Positions 52,097 through 62,419 of a stretch of DNA of 64,000 bases are shown one piece after another. The stretch is from positions 24,666 through 88,665 of IMG/VR virus record IMGVR_UViG_3300031369_000002; one strand, written 5' to 3'. This stretch comes from a virus. How positions within the stretch are numbered: the stretch's first letter is position 1; each line of letters opens with the position of its first letter. A program made the translations under genes and the position numbers. The notes under the pieces are model-generated. The model was not told the DNA's origin. It was given only the letters and a program-made list of their open reading frames with translations, and searched no databases.

Positions 52097-53596
52097 TTAT
52101 AAATCATCCCCATCATTATTATCTAATAAGTCTACTCGTTCTACTTCTTTACTTTTAATCACACAACAATCACTAATCCAATCTAAATAAAACTCATTAA
52201 TTTTATCATTACCATCTCTATATTTTAAAATCTGAGCTTTTATCTCATTAGGTCTATCAGGTACAACTAAATGAGATAAAATCAAATCCGCAGTTTTTTC
52301 AGCCTCAGAAGTCTCACTCATACAGGCCTTCGTATAAGTACCACTCTTAATAGCTTCCAACCAATTAGCTCTTGATATTTGATATGGAGCTAATAATAAA
52401 ACTCCTCTACTATCATCAAGATGCTTATGATTAACAGCCATTTGTTTAGACTCCATTATAATATCGTTTAATTCTTCCCTTCTAGACTGTCTACCTCTAG
52501 CCACACCAGCTAAACGAATCTCATCCCATACAGCCACATGAATAAAAAACTCATGTTCATATTTAACTAATAAAGAATTTATATAATTTACAGTACATTT
52601 ATTAGGTATTTGTTCAATCTTAAATAACCCATACTTCTTATTATTAGTCAAATCATCAACAACATCAAAAAATATTTTTTCCTCAGCAGGACTCAAAAGA
52701 CCTTTCTTAATATTATCCGCAGGTAAACCTTTAGGATAATTAAATTTAGGATGTATAGAATGTCGAGAAATTAATCTCCTTCTTACTTGATTTCTTAAAG
52801 TCTCTGCCGTACAAAACAAAGTATTCTTACCTTGCAACATAGCATTATAAGTAATATTAATACACTCAGTAGTTTTACCCTCACCAGAAAAACCTGCTAT
52901 AAACCACATTTCACCAGGACAACCACCACCAGTCAAATCATCAACTTCCTTAATACCTGTCATTACTCTAAAAAGAGAGCCATCCCCATGCTTAGCCTCT
53001 GCATATTCCTTCCTGATATCCTCAGATTCATCTTGAATATTACCAGTAGGTAAATCCAAACCACCAACCTTATCAATATCCGTTAAAGAAATATCATAAT
53101 ATTCCTTAGCCGCATGAAAACCCCTATATACTTTACCCTGAATAGTTTTACCACTAGTTAAAATTTGCATAGTATCAGCCAAAACACTGCCATATCTATC
53201 AATTTGAGTTTGCTTTCTTAAACGTTCTAAAGCATAAGCAAACTCCGAATTACTTATATAACCCTTACTTCCATCTGGTAAATTATTAACATCTACAATA
53301 GGCTCTCCAAAAACAAACTCTAAAAAAAGCTGTTGATATTCATATAATAAGGCCTCAGTCATATCATCAGAAACCTTAATAGAATCTATAAAATCATTTA
53401 TACTTATTAGATTATTAGTTAACCTAAAATATCTTACAACAATATTATAAACAATTTTATTTTTTCCAGTAAAATGATCATCACTCAAATAATGGACAAA
53501 ATCTTTTACTCTTTTATTACTTTCTATTTGGCTATTATTTTTATTAAATAAGCCAAACATTACTCTTTTTTCATAATACTCAGTATTTTCTAGCAT
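52097..53596 (-). CDS. DnaB-like replicative helicase
   Basis: TGIKEVDDLTGG, Walker A GFSGEGKT, QISR, EKTAD, ILKYRDG. Confidence 0.9.
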   Translation of the reverse strand: MLENTEYYEKRVMFGLFNKNNSQIESNKRVKDFVHYLSDDHFTGKNKIVYNIVVRYFRLTNNLISINDFIDSIKVSDDMTEALLYEYQQLFLEFVFGEPIVDVNNLPDGSKGYISNSEFAYALERLRKQTQIDRYGSVLADTMQILTSGKTIQGKVYRGFHAAKEYYDISLTDIDKVGGLDLPTGNIQDESEDIRKEYAEAKHGDGSLFRVMTGIKEVDDLTGGGCPGEMWFIAGFSGEGKTTECINITYNAMLQGKNTLFCTAETLRNQVRRRLISRHSIHPKFNYPKGLPADNIKKGLLSPAEEKIFFDVVDDLTNNKKYGLFKIEQIPNKCTVNYINSLLVKYEHEFFIHVAVWDEIRLAGVARGRQSRREELNDIIMESKQMAVNHKHLDDSRGVLLLAPYQISRANWLEAIKSGTYTKACMSETSEAEKTADLILSHLVVPDRPNEIKAQILKYRDGNDKINEFYLDWISDCCVIKSKEVERVDLLDNNDGDDL

Positions 53597-53608
53597 TAAA
53601 ACAACCCC

Positions 53609-55117
53609 TTACTTAAAAAGTGTTAATAAATCTTGTACAGACAACTCATTAAAAATATCTGAGTTTTCATTAAAAATATTATCATGCACAGCTTGTCTTT
53701 TTTCCAGTTTTTCTATTAATCTCTCCTCAAAAGTAGCACGAGACAATAACATAATGAAAAAAGCTGTTTTATACACCGACCCAGTTCGTCTAATTCTACC
53801 CACTAACTGAGACACTCTAGCTGGATTAGCTAAAACATCTACAGCAATTAAATATCTGGCACACTGCAAATTAGCACTACATTCAATCGCAGTGGTACCC
53901 AGCATAACCCTACAATCAGGATCATCCCAAAATCTTTTCTTATAAGCATGTTTTAAAGTCTTACTTTCTTCCCCAGTCATTAAGACATACTTAATTTTTA
54001 AAGCTTCTAATCTCTCACCCAACACTTTTAAAGTATCTTTATGCTGAGCAAAAATCACCACTTTATCCTGAGCCATAGGACCATTAAAACCTAACTCAGC
54101 ATTACTATATAATTGACTGATAATCCAATCAAATTTCCAACTATAGTCTTTGCCATCAGCCCCTATAGCTTTTGTACTATTCACAACTTTCTGCATATTA
54201 TGAATATGCTTTTTTGCTTCCACTTTTTGACCACTCTTTAACAACTCGACTACACCTTTTTGTAGTTCTTTGTATAATTTAGCCTGTACCTTATTCAAAT
54301 TACCCCATATTTTATCAGTCACCAAATCAGGCATTTCACTTTCAATATCCTCTATAGTCCTCCGCAAGAAAAAGGGTTCTATAATTCTTTTGAATTCATC
54401 TATATGCTTATAAGAAACTATATTATCCCTGGTAACTAACCTTTTACCATTTCTAAAATATAAAGTCTCTTCTTCACAATATCTCCTTCTAAAATGCCTT
54501 TCACTACTAAAAATACCTAGCCCTAAAATCTTCAATTGATTATATAAATCAATTAAAGATGTTTGTATAGGAGTAGCCGATAAAACATGAACTCTTGTAG
54601 CAGTCTCAGTCAATTTCCTAATAGCTCTAAAAGTTTTTGTATTTGAATTTCTAAAAATATGGGATTCATCCAAAAAGACTGTATCCCACTCCAATCCTCC
54701 TAAATATTCTAAATCTCTGCCTCTAATAATCTCATAGGAGACCATTAAAACATCCAACCAAGTATTATATAAAGACACTCGATTAGAAATATTTCCTACA
54801 GCGGCCCCAAAATCCAAAGAAGTAAATTTAGAAAACTCATCTACTTTAGCCAAGATATCAGCTGAAGGAACTAAATATAAACATCTACCCAACTCTTTTC
54901 TTTCTTTCAGAAGAGAAATCAATCCCATAATATGATGAGATTTACCACTACCACAAGTATCAAAAAGCCCACACTTAGGGCAAAAATACATATAAGCTAT
55001 ACCCTTCTTTTGAAAATCTTTAAAAGCTCCCTTATAAAATTTAGGCTCCTTTAATTCAATTCTAGGGATATTTTTAATTTTCAAAACTTTAGAAATATCT
55101 ATATCTTTATAATTCAT
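53609..55117 (-). CDS. SNF2-family helicase
   Basis: CGSGKS, LDESH, LSATP, FLRRT, QLVGRIRR. Confidence 0.9.
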   Translation of the reverse strand: MNYKDIDISKVLKIKNIPRIELKEPKFYKGAFKDFQKKGIAYMYFCPKCGLFDTCGSGKSHHIMGLISLLKERKELGRCLYLVPSADILAKVDEFSKFTSLDFGAAVGNISNRVSLYNTWLDVLMVSYEIIRGRDLEYLGGLEWDTVFLDESHIFRNSNTKTFRAIRKLTETATRVHVLSATPIQTSLIDLYNQLKILGLGIFSSERHFRRRYCEEETLYFRNGKRLVTRDNIVSYKHIDEFKRIIEPFFLRRTIEDIESEMPDLVTDKIWGNLNKVQAKLYKELQKGVVELLKSGQKVEAKKHIHNMQKVVNSTKAIGADGKDYSWKFDWIISQLYSNAELGFNGPMAQDKVVIFAQHKDTLKVLGERLEALKIKYVLMTGEESKTLKHAYKKRFWDDPDCRVMLGTTAIECSANLQCARYLIAVDVLANPARVSQLVGRIRRTGSVYKTAFFIMLLSRATFEERLIEKLEKRQAVHDNIFNENSDIFNELSVQDLLTLFK

Positions 55118-55205
55118 AAAACACCTCCACCTATTATACAGAAAAAATAGCTTACAAGCATGTAAACTATTTTTAATCTATAAATCTTTTTAATCTATCA
55201 ATATT

Positions 55206-55508
55206 TTAACTGTATAAAATATCTAATAAAACATCTACCGCCTCACTTAAGACTTTTAAATTTTTAAGGAAAACATCTTCCCATATTCTCAATTCTATAT
55301 TTGTAGGTTTCTTACCTACAAACATTCCATGATTCAAACTTAAATCATGCTCTTTTATATAAGCTATTGCCTTAACTCTACGAGAATCATCTGCAGGCAA
55401 CTTTTTAAACTCCATTTTTAAAACTTTTAATTCTTCCCATCTATTGCACTGCAATTTTAAAATTAAAGCCATATTCATTTTAACCACACTATTTTTAACA
55501 TATCCCAT
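55206..55508 (-). CDS. hypothetical early protein
   Basis: ATG after GGAGGAG; class I promoter 55535-55580. Confidence 0.65.
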   Translation of the reverse strand: MGYVKNSVVKMNMALILKLQCNRWEELKVLKMEFKKLPADDSRRVKAIAYIKEHDLSLNHGMFVGKKPTNIELRIWEDVFLKNLKVLSEAVDVLLDILYS

Positions 55509-55626
55509 AATATTCTCCTCCAAAAGTTAATGATTTATCTTATGGTTATATTATATAATATTCCTTTACATATGTCAAGTATAAAATTAAAAAAAGAGAG
55601 TATAAAATACTCTCTTTTAAAAACAT

Positions 55627-55941
55627 TTATTCATCAGATACAAACAAAGACATTATCTTCTTTCTTACATCCGCTACGTATTTAACTACTACAGCAGTAG
55701 CAGCCATATAAAAGAATGAAATAAAAAATACTCCTACAAACTCTGCGACTATTCCTAAAACAACCAATCCTCCGATATAAGGTACAACCCCAGTAACTAA
55801 AAATTTAGGAAGTAATTCAGGCTCAAATTCATTATTATGAACTTTTAATAAAATGCCTAAAACCACATCTACTAAAATAACTGAGATTACTATAATTAAA
55901 GCTGGTAAAACTTCCTTAGGTAAAGTTATAACGGACTCCAT
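55627..55941 (-). CDS. holin-like membrane protein
   Basis: Three hydrophobic segments, next to the endolysin. Confidence 0.7.
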   Translation of the reverse strand: MESVITLPKEVLPALIIVISVILVDVVLGILLKVHNNEFEPELLPKFLVTGVVPYIGGLVVLGIVAEFVGVFFISFFYMAATAVVVKYVADVRKKIMSLFVSDE

Positions 55942-55954
55942 TAAATCACCTCCT

Positions 55955-56512
55955 CTACCATCTAGCTCTAAAACCTCTACAGTCTACATGAGTAAATGTA
56001 CTATATTTACCCACACCACCACTAACATTATAAATATTACTTGAGGACCAAACAGCATAAGGAGAAATACCTTTAATAACTATATCAGCCGCATTACCAT
56101 ATAAATGCTGGCTCTTAGTACCTCCACCGACTGCATTATTATGCTTAGTACATCTATAACCTGAATTAATATGAACAGGTCGGCCACCAAACTTATATCT
56201 TAAAGCCTCTAATAAAATTAATAAGTTAATATGAATACCTGGGCCTAAACTTCCACAACAATGACATCTAAATTCAGCTTGCTTAAAATGAGCCACATTT
56301 ATAGCTCTCTTATTTACTGCTTTTAAAAGTTTCATAGTATACTCATGTGTCTTAGGTCCATAAATACCATCTACTTTTAACTTTCCAGCAGACTGCAAAC
56401 CCTTTAGCCAAAACAAAGTTTTTTTACCTTTAGCTCCATCTACTACAAGCTTAGCATTAAATTTGTTAAGCATTTTTTGAGTGTATCCTACAGTATAAGC
56501 CATATACAACAC
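55955..56512 (-). CDS. endolysin, peptidase M15 with peptidoglycan-binding domain
   Basis: VDGIYGPKT; HFKQAEFRC, INSGYRC, SQHLYGNAAD, FTHVDCR. Confidence 0.9.
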   Translation of the reverse strand: MLYMAYTVGYTQKMLNKFNAKLVVDGAKGKKTLFWLKGLQSAGKLKVDGIYGPKTHEYTMKLLKAVNKRAINVAHFKQAEFRCHCCGSLGPGIHINLLILLEALRYKFGGRPVHINSGYRCTKHNNAVGGGTKSQHLYGNAADIVIKGISPYAVWSSSNIYNVSGGVGKYSTFTHVDCRGFRARW

Positions 56513-56519
56513 CTCCTTT

Positions 56520-56786
56520 CTAATGTTTATCTATTATCCATTGGATTACTCCAAAAACAAATACAAAAATAGTAAAAGCAAATACAACAGCCCATCTTAA
56601 AAAAGACATTAATTCTTTTCTCTGTTCACAAACATTCTTAGTAATCTCTTTTTTAAAAGCTTCATATTCCTTCAACTTATTAGTATTAGTTAAGGTCTCA
56701 TCATTTAATTTTCTAACATCCTTTTGTAAACCATCAATAACAGCTTTAAATTCATCATGAAAAACACACTTACCATCACTAGCCAT
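56520..56786 (-). CDS. coiled-coil plus C-terminal TM protein (XhlA/holin-like)
   Basis: Architecture and position before the endolysin. Confidence 0.55.
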   Translation of the reverse strand: MASDGKCVFHDEFKAVIDGLQKDVRKLNDETLTNTNKLKEYEAFKKEITKNVCEQRKELMSFLRWAVVFAFTIFVFVFGVIQWIIDKH

Positions 56787-56798
56787 ATTAACACCCTC

Positions 56799-57398
56799 TT
56801 ATATTTTAATTACAGAAAAAAAGGTATTTAAAGGAGAGCTACCACCTAAATTTAAACTACTACCCGACGCTTGATAAGCATAAAATTGTAAATAATCATC
56901 TACGGCTAATTCTAATTTAACCGTAAACAAACCGCCCCAACGACCAGCACCATCCTCACCACTAGTAATACCAGTAACAGCCGCTCCATTATTATAAACA
57001 TAAAACAATCTACCATTAGAGCTATCACTTAAATACCTACTTCCCAAGGTAATATCATACCAGCCCGCATACTGTATTACAATAGAATCATTAGCATCAT
57101 TAAACATAGACATAGGATCATATTGCACATCAGAACTACTAAATGTTACCTTAGTAACAGCACCATTAGGAATAGACTGAACGGCATCCTTTTGAAGCAT
57201 ACATCTAGTAAAAACATCATCAGATATTATAGAGGTACCTATCAAAAGTTTACCAAATTTTTGTATTAATATACGTGAACCTAGCTTAATACCTGCCAAA
57301 GAGCTAGTAGCAACTACAGGTAATTCCGTATCCTCTGGCACTAATTGAACTTTTAAAGGATATAAAGTACTTACCGTACCTATTAAAGTATTATCCAT
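56799..57398 (-). CDS. minor tail/receptor-binding protein
   Basis: OB-like N-terminus plus C1q/TNF-like beta C-terminus (AGWYDIT...LAVDDYLQFYAYQASG). Confidence 0.65.
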   Translation of the reverse strand: MDNTLIGTVSTLYPLKVQLVPEDTELPVVATSSLAGIKLGSRILIQKFGKLLIGTSIISDDVFTRCMLQKDAVQSIPNGAVTKVTFSSSDVQYDPMSMFNDANDSIVIQYAGWYDITLGSRYLSDSSNGRLFYVYNNGAAVTGITSGEDGAGRWGGLFTVKLELAVDDYLQFYAYQASGSSLNLGGSSPLNTFFSVIKI

Positions 57399-59107
57399 TA
57401 TAAAACCACTTCCCTTATCTGTTGCATTGTAGTATTAACTAAACCCCCAGCCTTTAAATTAAAAACTTGTTTCTTTAATAAATATACTCCCTGATTAGCC
57501 TTATTATAAAAAGCATAAGCATCACCTTGATTAGGTAAACCATCAGCCCTACGAGTTACAAAAGCATGTTTAAACTCAATATCTTCCTGAACCTCTAACA
57601 TTTTATATAATTCTCTTTTAGCTCTTAAATCTAAATAACTCTGAGTCGAGGCCTCACTATCAAATTTACGAGTCCTATACCTGCTAATATTTGTATAAGA
57701 TAAAGGATGAGCAGACAACCCCACATCCTCCATAGTTTTAACACTAATTAAAGGCTCAGTATCAGCCTCAGCTTGATTAGCTACTAAAATAACTTTGTTA
57801 TAAATATCAATATAATTTTTAGTTCTCTTAAAATCACCCATATATAAACTATATTCATCATCTTTAAAAGTCCAGGTAATTTGCGGGTCCTCTTTCCATG
57901 CAATAGTCTTAAGGACTCCATAACCATTGGACCACAAAGGATAATAATTAATAGTATTAAGCAACCCATTTATAATAAACAATTTAGATCGTCCTATCTC
58001 ATAACTCATATCCTCAGATAAAGTGGCTGCATTATCTTGAATTTCATATCTAACCCAAGAACCTACAGAGGCTATTAAAGCTTTTACTAAAGTGATAACA
58101 TTATCACCCTTATAAGCAACATAAGAAGAATCAATCTTATCTTGTTCTAAAGCTTCTAATATATCCGTACCCTCTACACTATGAGAAGTAGCTCGATCAG
58201 TAACAGAATCCACAGGTTTATTTAAAAAATATGTACCCATAGGATATCTATCACCATTTATAATAAACCAGGGTCTTATTAAATCTGTTATATAATCAAT
58301 GGAACTATCATCTATCAAATCTAATTTCAAATCTCCAATTACATCTCGTGTAAAATCCATAGAGACTACACCCGAATTTCTTTTAACTAAATCTAATAAG
58401 CCAGCAGTTTTATAAATTCCCGCATTTAGTTTCAATAATTCATACTCCACAGTTACTAATCTATTATGATAAAAATGATCGTATTGAGGTAATATAGGAG
58501 TAGGTATAGGAGGCTCATCCCATTCAACCACTAACTCAACAATATTACCAGTCTCATAAAAATTATCGAAACCCTCAATGTAAATATCAGTATCAAAAGG
58601 ATCACTATGAGCAGAAGCTTGAGATAATAATATAGTTTGAACATTATTACCTTTGACCCAATCTCCCTGATCAATAATTTCCTGTAAAACAGAAGTAATA
58701 TCAACCTCCACCCACTCTTCCTCTTGATCTAAAACATTTAACTCACCGTAAGCCGTACTTAAATTAGCCGCACGACTTTCAAAATCAGCCGCATCTATTA
58801 TAGTACCAGAATTAGCCACCAATTCCATATAAGCTCTTATATCACAATCATAAGCCTCATCATAATTATGAACCACATATAATCGTAAAGTAGCTGAGTA
58901 TATAGTAGACCCTTTAGAAATATTTACATTCCTAAATCTAAAAAAACTATGTGCTATAGAATAAGCAGAACCATGCTCCCAATCTCCTAATATTATATCT
59001 TCATCATAATCAAAGAAAGTATCCTGATAAACTTCTGATATATAATTTTTAACTATAGTACCATCATCAAAAGAATGCGTAGGATAAAACGTACCATACT
59101 CAGACAT
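57398..59107 (-). CDS. minor tail/baseplate hub protein
   Basis: N-terminal beta-sandwich (SATLRLY...EVDITS), C-terminal hub-like region; tail module context. Confidence 0.65.
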   Translation of the reverse strand: MSEYGTFYPTHSFDDGTIVKNYISEVYQDTFFDYDEDIILGDWEHGSAYSIAHSFFRFRNVNISKGSTIYSATLRLYVVHNYDEAYDCDIRAYMELVANSGTIIDAADFESRAANLSTAYGELNVLDQEEEWVEVDITSVLQEIIDQGDWVKGNNVQTILLSQASAHSDPFDTDIYIEGFDNFYETGNIVELVVEWDEPPIPTPILPQYDHFYHNRLVTVEYELLKLNAGIYKTAGLLDLVKRNSGVVSMDFTRDVIGDLKLDLIDDSSIDYITDLIRPWFIINGDRYPMGTYFLNKPVDSVTDRATSHSVEGTDILEALEQDKIDSSYVAYKGDNVITLVKALIASVGSWVRYEIQDNAATLSEDMSYEIGRSKLFIINGLLNTINYYPLWSNGYGVLKTIAWKEDPQITWTFKDDEYSLYMGDFKRTKNYIDIYNKVILVANQAEADTEPLISVKTMEDVGLSAHPLSYTNISRYRTRKFDSEASTQSYLDLRAKRELYKMLEVQEDIEFKHAFVTRRADGLPNQGDAYAFYNKANQGVYLLKKQVFNLKAGGLVNTTMQQIREVVL

Positions 59108-61890
59108 TAACTCACCACCTTAGTAATAGTACAACTAAACTCATAATTCTTTTTATCTTTTTTCTTAAACTTTATATTAGAAAAACTGGCTTTAAACCAC
59201 CTGCCAAAATAATCTCTATAAAAGCCTCCTCCTGAATTACTCATTACAGTCTTCAAAGAATTATAATCCTCTATAGGCAAGTTAGCACTAAAATTAATAG
59301 TATGCTCCTGAAAATCTCCTTCAAACAAAACCGAATTTTCTCTCCCATCAAACTGAATTAATTCTCTGTCATAATCTACGGACTCCTCAATGGACAAATC
59401 ACCGTATAAAACTATGGCATCATTATAACCCTCTCCCGAATTTAAAGCCACTTTACCATTATAAACATTAACTACATCATATATATCACTCTGAATAGAT
59501 GTTCCCGTTTCCGAAAAAGCTACCACATAATAATAAGTAGTACCCACAAGTAAAGGCAAGTAATCAGTAACACCACTTTCAGGCTCTATATTATCTAAAG
59601 CTAACTCATAAGAAACCCCATCAATAGAACGATATAGTTTATTATAAGTAGTCTCCACAGCTTCTGGCACTATCTCCACAGTAACAAAAGCCTCATTACC
59701 TGAAACACTACCATCATAAAAATTATCATATACATCACTACCAGACGGTATTATAACTAACCCTTCAAAATCTGTAATGGTACCGTCTGCAATATCTTGA
59801 AGTAAAGAAGTAATATCCCATTCCTCAGTCTCCCCAGAAACATGCTCATGAGTACCATACTCCACAGAATCTAAACTAGGCAAAGTAGCATAAGTAACAG
59901 TATCTTCACTCCAAGAAGTAGTTATATATTTAACCAAACTATTAATAATACCTGATAAGGTATCTTTTCTATTTAATGTCAAAGTCGCAGAGTTTACAGT
60001 TTTGCCTATAATATCCGTAAAATCAAAATCTAATAATATATATTTAGAAGTTCCATTATCATATAAATCTAACTCCCCTATATCATCATAATTAATTCCC
60101 GTATTCGCTCCATCAACATAAGTATCTTGCGTAGCTTCAAAATTTAAATCCGTAGTAGGTAAAGGATTTTCAATCACAATCCCAGTAGAAGCATCATCCT
60201 CCGAAGCTGACAAAGACAAACCAGGTTTAACAGGCGGTAAAAACTCAACAGTGAAATCAGCGGACACCTCTACAGACCATAAACCACTAGAATCCGCTAC
60301 TAATCCTCTAACCTGATAACTTTCTCCATTCTCTAAAACCTTCTCAAAAGTAACACTCCCATCGGTACCATAACCCGATATATTTTCCAATAAAGTCAAA
60401 CCATCCGCAGTATATAAACCCACTGAATATTGAGATTGAGTATCACTATCTATATCACTAAAATCCCATGTGACAGTCAACTCAGACTCGCTTATTGTAC
60501 TCTCATTCTCAGGATAAGTAATAGCCATTTCAGGTTTTGTATTAGCTATAAAACTTGCCTCATCAGACCAACCAGAAGGATCAGGATCAGCCCCCCAGGT
60601 CTGTACTTGCCAATAATAAGTATCTCCTGAGTCAAAAGTAGATGCCGCAAACACATGATAAGAATCAGTGCTTACCTCTTCCTCAACTTGAGTGGCTCCA
60701 TAAGAACTGCTAGTCTTTGAATACCTTAAACTAAATTTAGTTTGCTCACTAGTATCTAAAGGGTTATGTTGCCAACTAAAAGTCTGAGGATTAGCCACAT
60801 CTATAACCTTCAAAGAAGATGGACTTAAATTAGTAGGAGGATTAGGTTCAACTATAGTAACTACCTCATTAGACAATACTTTAGCACTATTTAAACCCGC
60901 TGTATTACTAGCCCAAACTCTATATTTAACAATAGGAAAAGGATCAACATCCGTTATTTGCACCGCACTGCCCGACATAGCATAATCTAATTCACTAAAA
61001 TCCACCTCACCATAAGGAGGCACACCAACCTCAATTTTCATATTATCAGCTACAGCACTTGCAGGATTATTCCAAGTGATAACCACACCAGAACCCGAAC
61101 GAGTAGCTACTACATTTGTAGGAGCAGCAGGCGTAGTTTTAATTTCTCCTGTTTCATTATATCCAGAATATCCTGCCGCATTCCAGGCCCTTATTCTATA
61201 CTTATATTTATAATTAACCTTAACTCCCGTATCATTATAACTAGAGGCACTACCCGATAAATTACTTTTAATCTGACTCCAAGTATTAGTTACATTATTC
61301 CATCTTTCAATTTTTATATATGTATAGGGTCTATTTCCCGAAGCAACACGACTCCAAGATATACTCATTTTAGGGCCAGCTAGTCTTGATACACTGGCAC
61401 CAGTCACAGGACTTGGCTTTAAAATATAAGTAGCTCTAACAATAGGTTCTCTACCTGCATGAGTAGAATAACCACTCATTGATAAGACACTAGGAAAACT
61501 TCTTGTATTAGTTTTTCTATATCCATTACCTGAGCCATTATGTAAACCAAACACATGGGCTCCCTTTGGATTCCTATACAAACCTACCCACATATACTTA
61601 GCCGAAGAGATAGCATAAGGACTAATATTTTTAGACCTCCAAGACTGACCTCCTACAGACAAACTAGAAACACTTAAGGTAAAGGAACTCGATTGCCTAA
61701 CAGCCGAACCACCAGGAGACCACAAAACCAATCTAGCCGCTACACTAGAGCCTTTGGCTCCTGCATAAACTGATAAGCCTGTAATAGCACTATCCTTAGG
61801 TAAATCAACTCTAGCCGCATGTTGATTATATAAATTCAAAGCTGACCATGTATAACTATTTGCTCCCGTTGCACTATACTCATAAGCCAA
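59107..61890 (-). CDS. tail protein with FN3/Ig repeats and DNRLRE-like domain
   Basis: YKYRIRAWNAAGYS, YYWQVQTW, ATQDTYVD...SATLTL...WSEDTVTY. Confidence 0.75.
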   Translation of the reverse strand: MAYEYSATGANSYTWSALNLYNQHAARVDLPKDSAITGLSVYAGAKGSSVAARLVLWSPGGSAVRQSSSFTLSVSSLSVGGQSWRSKNISPYAISSAKYMWVGLYRNPKGAHVFGLHNGSGNGYRKTNTRSFPSVLSMSGYSTHAGREPIVRATYILKPSPVTGASVSRLAGPKMSISWSRVASGNRPYTYIKIERWNNVTNTWSQIKSNLSGSASSYNDTGVKVNYKYKYRIRAWNAAGYSGYNETGEIKTTPAAPTNVVATRSGSGVVITWNNPASAVADNMKIEVGVPPYGEVDFSELDYAMSGSAVQITDVDPFPIVKYRVWASNTAGLNSAKVLSNEVVTIVEPNPPTNLSPSSLKVIDVANPQTFSWQHNPLDTSEQTKFSLRYSKTSSSYGATQVEEEVSTDSYHVFAASTFDSGDTYYWQVQTWGADPDPSGWSDEASFIANTKPEMAITYPENESTISESELTVTWDFSDIDSDTQSQYSVGLYTADGLTLLENISGYGTDGSVTFEKVLENGESYQVRGLVADSSGLWSVEVSADFTVEFLPPVKPGLSLSASEDDASTGIVIENPLPTTDLNFEATQDTYVDGANTGINYDDIGELDLYDNGTSKYILLDFDFTDIIGKTVNSATLTLNRKDTLSGIINSLVKYITTSWSEDTVTYATLPSLDSVEYGTHEHVSGETEEWDITSLLQDIADGTITDFEGLVIIPSGSDVYDNFYDGSVSGNEAFVTVEIVPEAVETTYNKLYRSIDGVSYELALDNIEPESGVTDYLPLLVGTTYYYVVAFSETGTSIQSDIYDVVNVYNGKVALNSGEGYNDAIVLYGDLSIEESVDYDRELIQFDGRENSVLFEGDFQEHTINFSANLPIEDYNSLKTVMSNSGGGFYRDYFGRWFKASFSNIKFKKKDKKNYEFSCTITKVVS

Positions 61891-61904
61891 TTAAATAACC
61901 CCCT

Positions 61905-62408
61905 TTACTCTAAAATATTTACCACAGGGTCACTATTACTAAAAGCATAAAAACCTACATAAGTAACCTCATGATATATTCTTTCATTAAAATTAATCTC
62001 ATTATTTTCAATATTCAAAGCATTTTTTAAAGATATAGTTATGGAGTCGCCCCCATACTTACTACCTATAAAAGTTATATCCTCCAACAAATCACTAGAA
62101 TTATAAGAACTTCTTACAGAATATTTAGTAAAACTTCCATAGCCATCACTACCAGTATCTATATCAAAAGGCACCCCAGCAATTAAATTTTTTAGAGACC
62201 AACTATAATATTTTAAAGTTAACATTGAATTAATTTTTAAAATATCTTTGTCTCCAACAAAATTAAACCCATCAGTAACCCTCTTAATTTCTTTAAACTG
62301 TCTTACATCTTGAAATTTACCGTCTTCAACAATTCCTAAATAAGAACCCTCTAAATTAAAAAAATTCTTATATCCGACACCGCCTCCTAAAGGTATAACT
62401 AAAGCCAT
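61905..62408 (-). CDS. tail-tube-like protein
   Basis: DLLEDITFIG...ITISLKNAL resembles siphovirus tail tube proteins. Confidence 0.5.
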   Translation of the reverse strand: MALVIPLGGGVGYKNFFNLEGSYLGIVEDGKFQDVRQFKEIKRVTDGFNFVGDKDILKINSMLTLKYYSWSLKNLIAGVPFDIDTGSDGYGSFTKYSVRSSYNSSDLLEDITFIGSKYGGDSITISLKNALNIENNEINFNERIYHEVTYVGFYAFSNSDPVVNILE

Positions 62409-62419
62409 AAAAACACCTC

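Noticed and set aside
7755-55580. Repeated TTTATCTTATG...TGTCAAG as CRISPR repeats or repeat-mimic RNAs
   Set aside because: Dispersed rather than arrayed, degenerate in the middle, and fully explained as -35/-10 promoters upstream of genes
4547-57969. Nested alternate-frame minus ORFs (4547, 21161, 44532, 57784)
   Set aside because: They overlap better-supported genes or promoters in another frame
3413-60630. All plus-strand ORFs in the track (e.g. 3413, 4324, 5803, 10044, 24107, 33435, 49614, 60430)
   Set aside because: They are shadows of minus-strand genes, with no RBS/promoter support and atypical composition
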